From positions 35,712,001 to 35,776,000 of the forward strand of contig OZ024752.1 of the NCBI GenBank assembly GCA_964016885.1: 64,000 nucleotides of DNA, read 5' to 3'. The translations under genes and the position numbers were made by a program. The notes beneath the pieces were generated by a model. The model was not told the DNA's origin. It ran no database searches and saw only the letters and a program-made list of their open reading frames with translations. This document shows, in pieces, positions 14,761-28,644 of this stretch (position 1 is its first letter; each line of letters begins with the position of its first letter). Source of the DNA: Eledone cirrhosa. Taxonomy: Eukaryota.

Positions 14761-15072
14761 CATTATTCACTTTCGTCTGTCTACAAAAGTACTTTACCCG
14801 ATTTTATCAACTATTATATTGATAATGTATTATTATAGTCAGACACCATGCTTTGAAGCATAGAGTTATGGCCCTTTACATTCTGAGTTCAAATCCCGCC
14901 GAGGTTAACTTTGCCTTTCATCCTTACGGGGTCGATAAAATAAAACACCACTAATGCACTGGGATAATTGCTGGCCTTGTGCCAAAAGTAGAAACAATTA
15001 TTATAGTCACTTACTTTGGGATGATTACATTTTAGATATATACATATATCTATAAGTGTGTGTGTGAGAGAG

Positions 15073-15104
<32 letters not shown>

Positions 15105-15134
15105 TGGGAGAGAGAGAGAGAGGGAGAGAGAGAG

Positions 15135-15227
<93 letters not shown>

Positions 15228-15559
15228 GTGTGTATTGACAAGAAGAAAAGATCGTTGTGCACAAACAGAGCAATATGTCAACGAGAAGAAAGAGCGGACT
15301 GTATAGAGATAAAGCAAATATATCATGAAGAAAGAACGGTCTATATACAGAGTTAGTATACATATATATATGTGTGTGTGTGCGTGTGTGTGTGCATGTG
15401 TGTGTGTATTATATATATGTATATATATGTATATATATATATATGTATATATATGTATATATATATGTATATATATGTACATATATATATGTGTATATAT
15501 ATATATGTACATATACATATATATACATATGTATATAAATGTATATGTATATATATATA

Positions 15560-15592
<33 letters not shown>

Positions 15593-15684
15593 TTATGTAT
15601 GTATGTATATGTATATATATATATATGTACATATATATATATGTACATATATATATATGTACATATATATATACATATATGTAC

Positions 15685-15715
<31 letters not shown>

Positions 15716-15844
15716 TACACATATGTGTATATACATACAGTATATATATATATCCCACTATATCAATCATTAAACTCATATTTCTTCATTGTACTGTGTT
15801 GTTTACTTTGTTGTTTTCGTTTACCTTTTGCATATTATATATAT

Positions 15845-15975
<131 letters not shown>

Positions 15976-16018
15976 TTCAAAATATTAATAAATATAGACA
16001 TTCATGTGATCAAATATA

Positions 16019-16080
16019 TTTTATTATATATATTTCAGAGCTACTGTGCTGTTTGCTCAGTACGTCCTCATCAGATAAAA
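16019..16080 (-). ncRNA. Minimal type I hammerhead (paralogue of 13761-13822)
   Basis: Same core and stem I; stem II loop has diverged. Confidence 0.75.
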
Positions 16081-16137
16081 TAAATTGATGTCTGACATAC
16101 CTCAACTGTGCTAATGGTTCAATTCCAGTCTTGGCAG

Positions 16138-16193
<56 letters not shown>

Positions 16194-16392
16194 AGGGGGT
16201 GTAACTTGGAGTAACTTGGGTTTTTGGGGGGTTTTATTTTTCATTTTCTTATAGCATTTTAAAGGGTCCGTCGATTATTGAGTCTCGGTAGGATCGATAC
16301 AGATCGAACCTTGAGCTGATCAATGGCGAAACGCGCGTCACCTACCAATAAATGCAATGAAGGAGTAATCAATCGTCCTTGTTATCCTCTCA

Positions 16393-16451
<59 letters not shown>

Positions 16452-16476
16452 CATACATACATACATATATATATAT

Positions 16477-16549
<73 letters not shown>

Positions 16550-16579
16550 ATCAAAAGATGGTTAAAGGAGTTCCATATA

Positions 16580-16840
16580 TTTTATTATGCGCATTTCAAA
16601 AACAAACATCATCAAACAATAATATTTGTGTTTTCATCAGATAAAACAGGAGAACATGATATGAAGGCTAAAAAACACTTGTTGATAGTGCAGTTTTAAA
16701 TCAACATATCATATGTTGATTTAAAACTGCACTATCAACAAGTGTTTTTTAGCCTTCATATCATGTTCTCCTGTTTTATCTGATGAAAACACAAATATTA
16801 TTGTTTGATGATGTTTGTTTTTGAAATGCGCATAATAAAA
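16580..16840. ncRNA. Two hammerheads in opposite orientation (16580-16646 minus, 16774-16840 plus)
   Basis: UUUUAU-CUGAUGA-AAAcACAAAUAUUAUU..GAUGAUGUUUGUuUUU-GAAA-U(GCGC)A-UA-AUAAAA within the palindrome at about 16546-16876. Confidence 0.85.
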
Positions 16841-16963
16841 TATATGGAACTCCTTTAACCATCTTTTGATCTTATATTATGCATACTCCAGTCCCACAAA
16901 CTGTAGAGTGCTTCTTATCCGATATCTGCATTGCTTTATTGTACTACAATAAAACTCACCTCC

Positions 16964-17043
<80 letters not shown>

Positions 17044-17185
17044 CATATATATATATGGATAGTTATATTTAAATTGTTGGGTTACAACTAGTAAATATTT
17101 ATAACTGATATAAAAGCACTCGACAAGTATTTGGAGTATATTTACAGTATTAAATAAATGGAAACTATATTTATAAAACCATATT

Positions 17186-17474
17186 TATTTCATTATATAT
17201 ATTTCAGGGATATCATATTAACAATATGCTATGCCTTCCTCAGACAAAATACAATATAAACAGTTTTATAGATAAATAGATTTGACATACCGTAACAACA
17301 TCGACTTGTATTTGAAAAGTTGAATTGACTGCCAATTCAACTTTTCAAATACAAGTCGATGTTGTTACGGTATGTCAAATCTATTTATCTATAAAACTGT
17401 TTATATTGTATTTTGTCTGAGGAAGGCATAGCATATTGTTAATATGATATCCCTGAAATATATATAATGAAATA
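17186..17474. ncRNA. Two hammerheads in opposite orientation (17186-17251 minus, 17409-17474 plus)
   Basis: CUGAGGA core, GAAAU(AUAU)AUA, 8-bp stem I; palindrome at about 17145-17517. Confidence 0.78.
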
Positions 17475-17513
17475 AATATGGTTTTATAAATATAGTTTCC
17501 ATTTATTTAATAC

Positions 17514-17602
<89 letters not shown>

Positions 17603-18387
17603 GCATATATAACAACTATTTTGTTTATTTTCCTTTGGTGTATTTTCTCTTGTTAACGCATTTTTTCTTTTATTTATTTAGTTATTGTGGATGATATATT
17701 TGTTCATCGAATGCAATCCCGATCTATTTGAAGTATTGCATGTATCCTTGGAAACCTGCTTTTATATCTATCACATCTCGATATTCTTCAGTTGAAATCA
17801 ATCGGATCAGTTCTATTGCCGTAGAGAATGTCACTGATCTATTCTTTTTGATCAGAATCCTTAATAAATGAGTTTCCTTTTGGGATTGATGTTATACAGA
17901 GAAATATAAAGGAACTACTTAAGCTAGCATGTGAGTCATTCATGTAATACGGAAGTGTGTCTTGAAATGCATAACTTAGTCAATCCTTGTCACAAACAAA
18001 TATACGATTCCATTATATGGAATATAAAACCAACCATAAATTCAATTGTACATGCAACTGAACTAAAGAAAAACACTCATTAAATAATTAACGGACTAAT
18101 GAATTCTAGTGTTTATTGAATAAATTATTTGAACTGTTGGCCTTTCAGAAGCAACATTTCAATATAGTGGGATATTAATGGAAATAATCAAACATTAACA
18201 GCGTTAGTTCACAATGAGGTCGCAGGCTTAAGTATTAATATTGATCCATTATAAGACTATATTAGTATCGAATACGAAACCACACAGTTGCCAGAACTTC
18301 TTAAGCAGACAGCTAAGTTTGAATGTTTCTAGTATAGTTTCATATTAAAATTTCGAAAGAAGACTCTCTCTCTCTCTCTTTCTCTCG

Positions 18388-18463
<76 letters not shown>

Positions 18464-18520
18464 GAAAAAGATGAAATCGAAAATGCAACTGGAGTCTTTT
18501 TAAGAATATTTATTTGTTTC

Positions 18521-18556
18521 CTTTACCGGTTTCACAGTTCTTATGCTTTTCAAAAG
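18521..18556 (-). ncRNA. Hammerhead variant with U3-A8 core
   Basis: CUU-UUGAAAA-GCA(uaagaac)UGU-GAAA-C(CG)G-UA-AAG; mirror copy at about 18592-18627 has GAAG. Confidence 0.6.
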
Positions 18557-18741
18557 TAGAATTGAGATGGAGGGTTTGTGGTTTTTCTCTACTTTTGAAA
18601 AGCATAAGAACTGTGAAGCCGGTAAAGGAAACAAATAAATATTCTTAAAAAGACTCCAGTTGCATTTCCGATTTCATCTTTTTTCCTTATACTTTCACTC
18701 GTGTAGGACATCTCTTGTTTTTTTTTTCATTTTGAAAAAAC

Positions 18742-18789
<48 letters not shown>

Positions 18790-18982
18790 TAAAGTGACAT
18801 TATCGAAAAAATGAGAGGGACAAGAGTTTTATAATGTATATAAAACTTTATATACATTATAAAAGTCTTTTTTAAAAGAATTGTCCCTCTCATTTTTTCA
18901 ATAATGTCACTTTGACGAATCAAAGGAAGGGAAAAAAAGACAAACAGATCCTTAGATATATTTTCCGTGTTATTTCCAATTT

Positions 18983-19060
<78 letters not shown>

Positions 19061-19411
19061 GCATATGTATCTATGGTCCTGTAACTCTAGATTTATTGAC
19101 ATACGGCGTTTCTTGGGCATTTTATGGCTGGCGGAGCTCATCCTTCTCTCGGTCTGAGTACAGCAGACTTCTTCCAGACAAAGATAGAAAGTGAGAGGGG
19201 GGGGGGAATGAGAAAGAGATATATAGAGGAAGAATCGATCTCAGTGCTAAACTGGTACTTTTTTTTATCGACCTCGAGAGGATGAACAGCAAAGTTGACC
19301 TCGGCGGGATTTGAACTCAGAGATCAAAGATCTGAGAGCCGGAACCAATACCATAAAGCATTTTCTCCGACGTTCTAACGTCTCTGCAAATTTATGTATA
19401 TAGTAAGTATA

Positions 19412-19786
19412 TCTATCTATCTAAGGCGGGTAAAATTCCCGAGATCCATGGACGAGTTCTCTCCAGCGGTCTCTGTCCCTCATTATCGCTGCCATATCCT
19501 GCGTCTCCAACAGACCAGTGTCTGTCCTTAGGGCATCAACATACGTTAACCTTGGTCTTCCTCTTCTAGTGTGTCCATGTAGGGGCTTCCAAAGGAGCAC
19601 TGAGTGCAATGCCAACTCTGGATGTCGGTGAGCATGTCCAGCCAACCTCAGTCTCCTCTGTGTCACTTTTGAGCTGACTTTTGGGATGCTCCCATACAGC
19701 TCTGAGTTTTTCATCCTCAGTGTATACTGATTAATGTTCAGAGCCATCCTCAGCATTCTCGTGTAGCACCCATCCACCATCTGAGT
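19412..19786 (-). mobile_element. RTE-like LINE 3' end (second family) with (TAGA)n tail
   Basis: DGCYTRMLRMALN...RRLRLAGHAHRH...GRPRLTYVD; stop directly followed by tagataga. Confidence 0.88.
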
Positions 19787-20120
19787 AAGTATATAGTAAG
19801 TATATAAGTATATAGTAAGTATATAGAAAGTATATAGTAAGTATATAATTATATAGTAAGTATATAGTAAGTATATAATTATATAGTAAGTATATAGTAA
19901 GTATGTAGTAAGTATATAAGTATATAGTAAGTATATAGAAAGTATATAGTAAGTATATAATTATATAGTAAGTATATAGTAAGTATATAGTAAGTATATA
20001 AGTATATAGTAAGTATATAGAAAGTATATAGTAAGCATATAATTATATAGTAAGTATATAGTAAGTATATAATTATATAGTAAGTATATAGTAAGTATAT
20101 AGTAAGTATATAAGTATATG
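19787..20120. repeat. ATATAGTAAGT-type minisatellite
   Basis: Directly visible units of about 11 bp. Confidence 0.9.
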
Positions 20121-20533
20121 CAATATGCAAAGGGTTAATTTGACACAGAAGTTAAAAATCAAAAAACCTGCTTAAAGGTCACACAGTTTAATAGGAGTTA
20201 ATCATCTTCTGGCATTTATGACTGTGAATACGAACAGAAAACTAGTTATTGTCGAGGAATGAAAATTGATTTGGTTGTATAGGTCGCTAGGCATCAGATA
20301 AGAACTCTATAGAGAGTTGGTATCCTTTTGAATAATTAATATACTTTATATTTCAGGCTGACAAGGGAAATAGAAATAGAAATAGAAATAGAAAAAAAGG
20401 GGGGAGGGGGTAAAAATAAAATATAAAAATGGAAGGGCTTGTTTTATTTGTTTTTTTATGGAAGAGAAAAAGAAATCTGAATGAAATCCTTTGAGGGATT
20501 ATCTGTGTTTTTAATGTTCTAAATATGTTGTTT

Positions 20534-21328
20534 ATGATGATGGTGACGATGGTGGTGATGGTGGTGGTGGTGATGGTGGTGATGGTGGTGATGGTGATGG
20601 TGGTGATGGTGATGGTGGTGATGGTGGTGATGGTGATGATGGTGATGGTGGTGATGGTGGTGATGGTGGTGGTGGTGGTCGTGGTGGTCGTGGTGGTCGT
20701 GGTGGTGGTCGTGGTAGTGGTGGTGGTGGTGATGGTGGTGGTGATGGTGATGGTGGTGATGGTGGTGGTGATGGTGGTGATGGTGGTGGTGGTGATAGTG
20801 GTGGTGGTGATAGTGAGAGGTGATGGTGGTGGTGGTGGCGGTGGTGGTGGTGGTGGTGGTGGTGGTGGTGGTGGTGGTGGTGGTGGTGGTGGTGGTGGTG
20901 GTGGTGATAGTGGTGGTGATGGTGATGGTGGTGGTGATGGTGATGGTGATGGTGGTGGTGGTGATAGTGAGGGGTGATGGTGGTGGTGGTGATAGTGGTG
21001 GTGGTGTGGGAGGATAGTGGTGGTGGTGGTGGTGGTGGTGGTGGTGGTGGTGATGGTGGTGGTGGTGGTGGTGGTGATAGTGGTGGTGATGGTGGTGGTG
21101 ATGGTGATGGTGGTGGTGGTGGTGGTGGTGGTGGTGGTGGTGATAGTGGTGATAGTGGTGGTGATGGTGGTGGTGGTGGTGATGGTGGTAATGATGTTGA
21201 TTATGATGATGATAGTGGTGGTGGCGGTGGTGGTGGTGGTGATGATGATGATGTTGATGATGATGATGATGATGATAGCGATGATGGTGGTGGCGGTGGT
21301 GATGATGGTGATAATGATGTTGATTATG

Positions 21329-21379
<51 letters not shown>

Positions 21380-21432
21380 ATGATGATGATAGTAGTGATG
21401 GTGGTGGCGGTGGTGATGATGATAGTGGTGAC
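20534..21432. repeat. Compound (GGT)n/(GAT)n trinucleotide tract
   Basis: About 900 bp; source of the poly-V, poly-G and poly-D ORFs. Confidence 0.95.
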
Positions 21433-21487
21433 TGTGGAAGAAGAGGAGGAGACAGTGAAAAGCAGTTAGAGTTCTGTCAACTTAAAG

Positions 21488-21834
21488 CAGAGGTTCTCAA
21501 ACTTTTGGGGCCACCGCCCCCCTCACGGCCACGTAATACCCTCAGGTCCCCCACCCCTATTTCCAGAGAGACCTTCCTACACACAAATTGTAAATAATAT
21601 ATAATAAATAAAATCGTTAATTTATATATAATAAATAAGATAATATATACTATGTATAAATAAATATTATATATATTTTATTTTACTATATTTATATATA
21701 ATATGTATCATTTGATATTTAATATACTATTATATCATCTCTACTGCCCCCTTAGGCCCCAGCGTTTCCCACCCTCCACCTGGACCTTCTCAAAGCCCCC
21801 GGGGGGGGGGGATAGTGCCCAATTTCAGAACCTG
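21488..21834. mobile_element. hAT/Charlie-like MITE
   Basis: CAGAGGTTCTCAAA...TTTCAGAACCTG ends, GC-rich subtermini and AT-rich centre. Confidence 0.6.
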
Positions 21835-21960
21835 GGTTAAAGCAATGTTACCGTAGGAATGTCACCAATTCCATTCTAAAGTCATCACATGAGAATTGAA
21901 ACTGTTTCCTTTATATATAACATATAACAGTAGCATATAACAGTAGTACATAGAGACATA

Positions 21961-22153
21961 TAGAGGTAAAATTCCGTTATAACGAATACCATTATAACGA
22001 ATTTTTCAGTATAATGAATGTTTTTTTCAATCCCCGGTGTAATAACAAACAAACGCTCGATTTGTTTCGAACGATCTCGTGATAATGAATTTATCGTTAC
22101 AACGAATTTTTTTTTATATCCCATGAATTTCGTTATAACGGAATTTCACTGTA
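21961..22153. mobile_element. pogo/Tigger-like MITE
   Basis: AAATTCCGTTATAACGAA / TTCGTTATAACGGAATTTCACTG-TA inverted termini. Confidence 0.65.
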
Positions 22154-22214
22154 TTACGTATATGGCAGTAACATATAACAGTAGTACATATAGACATATA
22201 TTATGTATATGACA

Positions 22215-22400
22215 GGGCGGTGAATTGGCAGTATCGGTAGAGGGTCAGACATGCTTTCTAGCATAGTTACGTCCCTTTACGATCTGAGTTCAAATCCCGC
22301 CGAGGTTGACTTTGCCTTTCATCCTTACGAGGTCGATAAAATAAAGTACCAGTAATATACTGAGTAATTGCTGGCCTTGTGCCAAAAAGTAGAAACAATT
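22215..22400 (+). mobile_element. SINE family 1 copy
   Basis: Full length, GGCGGTGAATTGGCAG...AGAAACAATTA. Confidence 0.85.
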
Positions 22401-23355
22401 ATTTCTGATGATTTCATATCAAAGAAACAGCTAATGCTGTAGAAGTCATTTTTTTTATATAATAAACAGGCCTATACTCTACTGATGTATTGAGTACCTT
22501 CTTTATTCAAACATACAAGTTTACACTTGGCGCTTTTATTACAAATGGCAGCTAGCCAACCAGTTTTTGACCAAAATATACCGAAACCCATTTATGTACA
22601 TAATTGAAGAACACAAATTGGAATTGCAAAATTGAATTACCACAAAGTTGAATTACAAAATGGCTTATTTAGAGGCTTCCGCGTCTTGAGACACATGAGG
22701 CCGCCAGAGTACTCCAATGTCCACGGTAATTACAAAATAACGATGTCGTAAAGATAATATTTGAAAATCAAGTTTTATGTGTGCCAAAAGCAAAACACAC
22801 CACTGGTTATTTTATCAACTTCATCCAAATTTTTCGTCATGTTCATCATTAATTGAAATATATTGGCAAAATACGAGGGTCGGCCGAAAAGTTCATAAGC
22901 TAACTATGAAAGAGTGATTATAGAGCTGTGAAATCTTGCAGGCATTATTTCAACTTTTCTTATTAATAAATGCATATTTTCTTTCAAGGCAGTATCTTGG
23001 TCAGCCTATGTCTCCCTCAGGAGTTATGGGACCATATATACATACAAAGTGTCAAAATATTGATTCTTCAAATTTCGCCATGTGAATTATACGTTAAAGA
23101 GCAATTCGCAACTAATAAAGGCTCAGTAAGCAACCTTACAAACCTGCTGCAAAATCACTATACTAGCGAAGTATTCCATAGTTACATCCCTTGAATGGAA
23201 TCTTTTGGGTAACAAATTTCCTGATTGCGGATTTGTTCAGACATCTGTGCATATTTAGAAACATCAACAGATCTGTTACAAGATTGACCAGCCACATCTG
23301 GCACCTAAAAGCTCTAACACTCTAACACTACATGCTTCATCACTTAAAACATCTT

Positions 23356-23534
23356 ACAGACCTGCCAACCTATAAAAACCCAAACGGGAGGTACCGTGAA
23401 AAATGAGAGATCAGGCAAAATGAGAAGATTTTACATAATGAAAGCTATACTCATTTTCATACGAGAAGACATTTCTCACCCACCCAAAGTGAGTGGGAGA
23501 TTTCCCCGTCTGACGGGGAGAGTTTATAGGTCTG
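23356..23534. mobile_element. Small TIR element
   Basis: CAGACCTGCCAAC ... GTTTATAGGTCTG imperfect inverted ends. Confidence 0.45.
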
Positions 23535-23635
23535 CATCTTAGAATGGTTGGTGATATTTGATGCGATGAGTTTTGTTTTCTTCCTTTGGAGATTTATTAT
23601 AACAGACGAACGACTCTAGACAATGATTACGAAAA

Positions 23636-24530
23636 CAGTGGATTGGCAATATCAGTAGAGGGTCGCACGCCATGCTTTGCAGCAAAGAGTTACGGTCCTT
23701 TATGATCTGAGGTCAAATCCCGCCGAGGTTAATTTTGCCTTTCATCCTTACGGGGTCGATAAAATAAAGTACCAGTAATACACTGGAATAATTGCTGGCC
23801 TTGTGCCAAAAGTAGAAACAATTGATGAGAGGGCGGTGGATTGGCAGTATCGGTAGAGAGTCGGACACCCTTCTTTGCAGCATAGACTTACAGCCCTTTA
23901 TGATCTGAGGTCAAATCCCGCCGTGGTTAACTTTGCCTTTCATCCTTACGGGGTCGATAAAATAAAGTACCAGTCACGCACTGGGGTCGATTTAATCGAC
24001 TTTTCCACCCCCAAAAAATTGCTGGCCTTTTTTATTTATTTATTTTTTTTTTCATAACAAGTTTGTATTTTTAAATTCAATTTTATATCATTCAAAATAT
24101 AGATATTCATTTCTTTTCATTTCTTTCAAGATAAAATTCACAGAAAACTTCTTTAAATTTTCATATAAATATAAATTATATTTAAAAAAATAATAAATAA
24201 ATAAATAAATAAATAAATAATAAATAGATAAATAATAAATAGATAAAAAAAAAATGTGTAAACCGCTACAATATATTTATTTTCAATTATTTACAATCTT
24301 CAACAACTGCTGGTTATTATACATATATTTACACTAATATTCGGTGGATTGACAGTATTGGTAGAGGGTCGGACGCCATGCTTTGACGCATAGAGTTACG
24401 ACCCTTGCCATTCTGAGTTCAAATCCCGCCGAGGTTAACTTTGCCTTTCATCCTTACGGGGTCGATAAAATAAAGTACCAGTAATGCACTGGGTAATTGC
24501 TGGCCTTGTGTCAATAGTAGAAACAATTAT
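23636..24530 (+). mobile_element. Cluster of three SINE family 1 copies (23636-23822, 23831-24030, 24343-24530)
   Basis: Same consensus; the first two are head to tail. Confidence 0.85.
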
Positions 24531-24735
24531 TACAATATTACACTGTGTGGGGGAACTTACAATAAAACTTGAACTAAAGAGGGTTCAAAGTTACAACAAA
24601 TGGCTGAAATTTAAATTCAAGTCCGTATTTCCGTGTTTTTGTAAAGAATTTGGTGAGGGAGGAGTGAATGAATATTCTAACAAAATTGGTAGAAATATTG
24701 AGCTTTAAATAATCAATATTTCCTATCTTTACAAT

Positions 24736-24786
24736 TCCATGTGGTCTAGTGGTTAGGATTTCAGAGTTCAATTCCTGTTATGGGAT
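24736..24786 (+). pseudogene. Internally deleted tRNA(Glu)-like sequence
   Basis: TCCATGTGGTCTAGTGGTTAGGATT...GTTCAATTCCTGTTATGGGA; anticodon arm missing. Confidence 0.5.
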
Positions 24787-24827
24787 AACATTTTGATGTT
24801 GGCTCCCTAGCTGATCCTAGGAAAAGG

Positions 24828-24930
<103 letters not shown>

Positions 24931-25017
24931 AAACTAAGCACACAACACACACACAAAAACAAGATGGCGTAGGACAGAACAAAGGAGAGGCACAAAAAAC
25001 AAAGAAAAGAATCCCCA

Positions 25018-25060
25018 GTCACTGAAGAGGTCACAGAATATGTGACGAAAGAACTTTGAC
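25018..25060 (+). ncRNA. Minimal hammerhead ribozyme
   Basis: GUCA-CUGAAGA-g-GUCACA(gaaua)UGUGAC-GAAA-G(AA)C-UU-UGAC; 3' half repeated on minus at about 9920-9942. Confidence 0.7.
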
Positions 25061-25268
25061 AATATATAAACAATCATCTGGTTGTGGAACCAACCAACCA
25101 ACCGGAAATTTATAAATTCCTAAATTTATAAATTTATTATAATAAATTGAAGTGAAAGCAACTGGTGCGTGTGTTTCTTATTGGCAACATGACCCACCCA
25201 AAGTATAACAATATCGGTTTCAACACACGTTTTCAGATAAAGAATCTTGCTAAACAAATTCAGAAACG

Positions 25269-25304
<36 letters not shown>

Positions 25305-25842
25305 GGAAAAAATGAAACGAAATTTCATTTCCCACTCTTAGTACGGCTGTTACTTAAATATATGTATGTATACGTACATACATATATGTATACAGACGTA
25401 GTACAGTAGTATGTATATATATATACATACATGCACACATATATATATGTACGTATGGATTCACCGAACATTTATTATAATGCTCGGTGTGTTTGTAAAC
25501 AAACATCCCGTATTAAGCTGTAGTGTCTAGCAACCATCGTTGCTCGTTTGTTCAACACTGACAAAGGAACGCTGTACTAGTTTCAAGCTTATTAGCTATC
25601 GTCAGCAACGTATACCTTCCTGCCAGGTGATTGAACGTGTGAAAGTATTACTGTACGTCTGTATACATATATGTATGTACGTATACGTACTTATAAATAT
25701 ATATATATATATATATATATTAAAATAACAGATTCAAGTTTAAGCAAAGAATCGCTGCTTTCGCCCTTAACGGGATCTCCTGAAACTAAAAAGAACAATC
25801 TGTGAACGCAGAAGTAAATATTTCGAAAAACGTTATTATTAT

Positions 25843-25917
<75 letters not shown>

Positions 25918-25920
<3 letters not shown>

Positions 25921-26347
25921 GTTTCTACTTTTGGCACAAGGCCAGCAAATTACCCAGTGCATTACTGGTACTTTATTTTATCGACCCCGTAAGGATGAAA
26001 GGCAAAGTTAACCTCGGCGGGATTTGAACACAGAATGGCAAGGGCCGTAACTCTCAAAGCATGGCGTCCGACCTTCTACCGACACTGCCAATCCATATAT
26101 ATATAATAAAATAAATCAAGGACGAGTGGTTGGTTACTCCTTCATTACGTTTATTGGTTGGGCGGTGGATTGGCAGTATTGGTAGAGGGTCGGACGCCAT
26201 GCTTTCCAACATAGTTACGTCCCTTTACGATCTGAGTTCAAATCCCGCCGAGGTTGACTTTGCCTTTCATCCTTACGGGGTAGATAAAATAAAGTACCAG
26301 TAATGCACTGGTTAATTGCTGGCCTTGTGCCTAACGTAGAAACAATT
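25918..26347. mobile_element. Two SINE family 1 copies in opposite orientation (25918-26093 minus, 26161-26347 plus)
   Basis: The second copy interrupts a hammerhead-bearing island and is flanked by duplicated TTACGTTTATTGGTTG. Confidence 0.85.
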
Positions 26348-26481
26348 ACGTTTATTGGTTGGTGACGCGCGTTTCGCTATCGATCAGCTCAATCCTAATT
26401 TTTTTATTTTTGCTGGACCGGCAACCGCTCTGTATAGTTCCTGATTATTACTGGAATTCTATAAGAATCCAGCTTCTATAA

Positions 26482-26570
26482 TTTTCGGCAGAGGCGGAGA
26501 GTACGTTGCTCTGAGGAACACCAACAGTGTGAAACAGAATGTCAGCTTCTCTCCCTTCGTTTGCCGAAAA
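26482..26570 (+). ncRNA. Canonical type I hammerhead with extended stem I
   Basis: GCU-CUGAGGA-ACAC(caaca)GUGU-GAAA-CA(GAA)UG-UC-AGC; stem I continues through an internal loop with GGAGAG/CUCUCC and UUUUCGGCA/UGCCGAAAA. Confidence 0.88.
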
Positions 26571-26743
26571 AAGAAGTGACATAGTCACTTCTTTGCCGAA
26601 ATAAGAAGTAAGTGACATAGTCACTTCTTTAAAGTAGTGACTATGTCACTTACTTCTTTTTTCGGCAAAGGAAGGGAGAGAAGCTGACAGATTCTGTTTC
26701 ACGCTTTCGGTGTTCCTCACCAACACACACACACACACACACA

Positions 26744-26794
<51 letters not shown>

Positions 26795-26940
26795 TATGTA
26801 CACGTACATACATATATGTATATATACATACATGCACACATATATATATGTACGTATGGATTCACCGAACATTTATTATAATGTTCGGTGTATTATAATA
26901 AATGTTCGGTGAATCCATACGTACATATATATATGTGTGC

Positions 26941-27005
<65 letters not shown>

Positions 27006-27108
27006 CTACTGTACGTCTGTATACATATATGTATGTACGTGTACATACTTATATTTAAGTAACAGCCGTACTAAGAGTGGGAAATGAAATTTCGTTTCAT
27101 TTTTTCCG

Positions 27109-27237
<129 letters not shown>

Positions 27238-27410
27238 GTGTGTACATTCACACGAAAACATTGACTCAAATAGGTCATACAAAACTTATATTTAACTTGC
27301 TTCATATATTGGCAAGTTTAGTCCCTGCTCCGAACCATGGAATACTGTAAAAACAAGAATTTGACCTTAACTACCGCAAATCTTAGCATAACGTTATTTT
27401 ATCGAATCAA

Positions 27411-27634
27411 GGGCGGTGGAATGGCAGTATCGGTAGAGGGTCGCAGGGCGGTGGAATGGCAGTATCGGTAGAGGGTCGGACGCCATGCTTTGACGTATAG
27501 AGTTACGGACCTTGCCATTCTGAGTTCAAATCCCGCCGAGGTTAACTTTGCCTTTCATCCTTACGGGGTCGATAAAATAAAGTACCAGTAATGCACTGGG
27601 TAATTGCTGGCCTTGTGCCTAAAGTAGAAACAGT
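27411..27634 (+). mobile_element. SINE family 1 copy with duplicated head
   Basis: 5' 35 bp tandemly duplicated; flanked by the direct repeat GTTATTTTATCGAATCAA. Confidence 0.85.
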
Positions 27635-28296
27635 TATTTTATCGAATCAACGAATGAACCACTCTCTATGCGGTCATTTGGCATGCTAGAAATAGCGGCT
27701 AAGTACATAAAAATAATTGAGCAATATCTAATAAAAACAAAACAGACTATTAAAGGGAACAAAAAAAGAAGAAAAAGAAAAAAGGATCGAGTAAGGAAAG
27801 AAAGAAAGAAAGGGGGAGCGACAGTCACTACACCCCAGTCTGAGCGGTGCTTCAGCTGCGTCCTGCAAACAAAATGGCAAAGGTGTTACCGCAGAGAACA
27901 GCCAGAGACACCCGCTACAACAGCCACTTCCACCTCACGGGGCTCCCTCCTCAAGCCAGCTGCCGTCATTCCGATTTTATATACATATATATATATACAT
28001 ATATATATACATATACATATATATATACATATATATATACATATACATATATATATACATATATATATACATATACATACATATATATATACATATACAG
28101 ATACATATACATATATATATATATACATATATATATACATATACATATATATACATATATATACATATATATATATATGTACATATATATATATATATAC
28201 ATATATATACATATATATATATATATACATATATATATACATATATACATATATATATACATATATATACATATATATACATATATATATATACAT

Positions 28297-28339
<43 letters not shown>

Positions 28340-28438
28340 CATATATATACATGTATATATATACATATATATATACATATATATACATATATATACATAT
28401 ATATACACATATATATACATATATATACATATATATAC

Positions 28439-28504
<66 letters not shown>

Positions 28505-28536
28505 AGGATCTGGATGCCATATACATATATATATAC

Positions 28537-28575
<39 letters not shown>

Positions 28576-28644
28576 CATATATATACATATATATATACGT
28601 ATATATATATACATATATATGTATATACATATATATATATACAA

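Noticed and set aside
17600-18050. Unique-looking segment with short open frames
   Set aside because: Frames are interrupted by stops and show no recognisable motif or convincing splice sites.
20525-21597. Gly/Asp/Val-rich ORFs
   Set aside because: Trinucleotide repeat open in several frames; the C-terminal part runs into a MITE.
27810-27978. GC-rich patch with CAAAATGGC (YY1-like site or start codon)
   Set aside because: No downstream splice donor or gene found; it could be a TE fragment.
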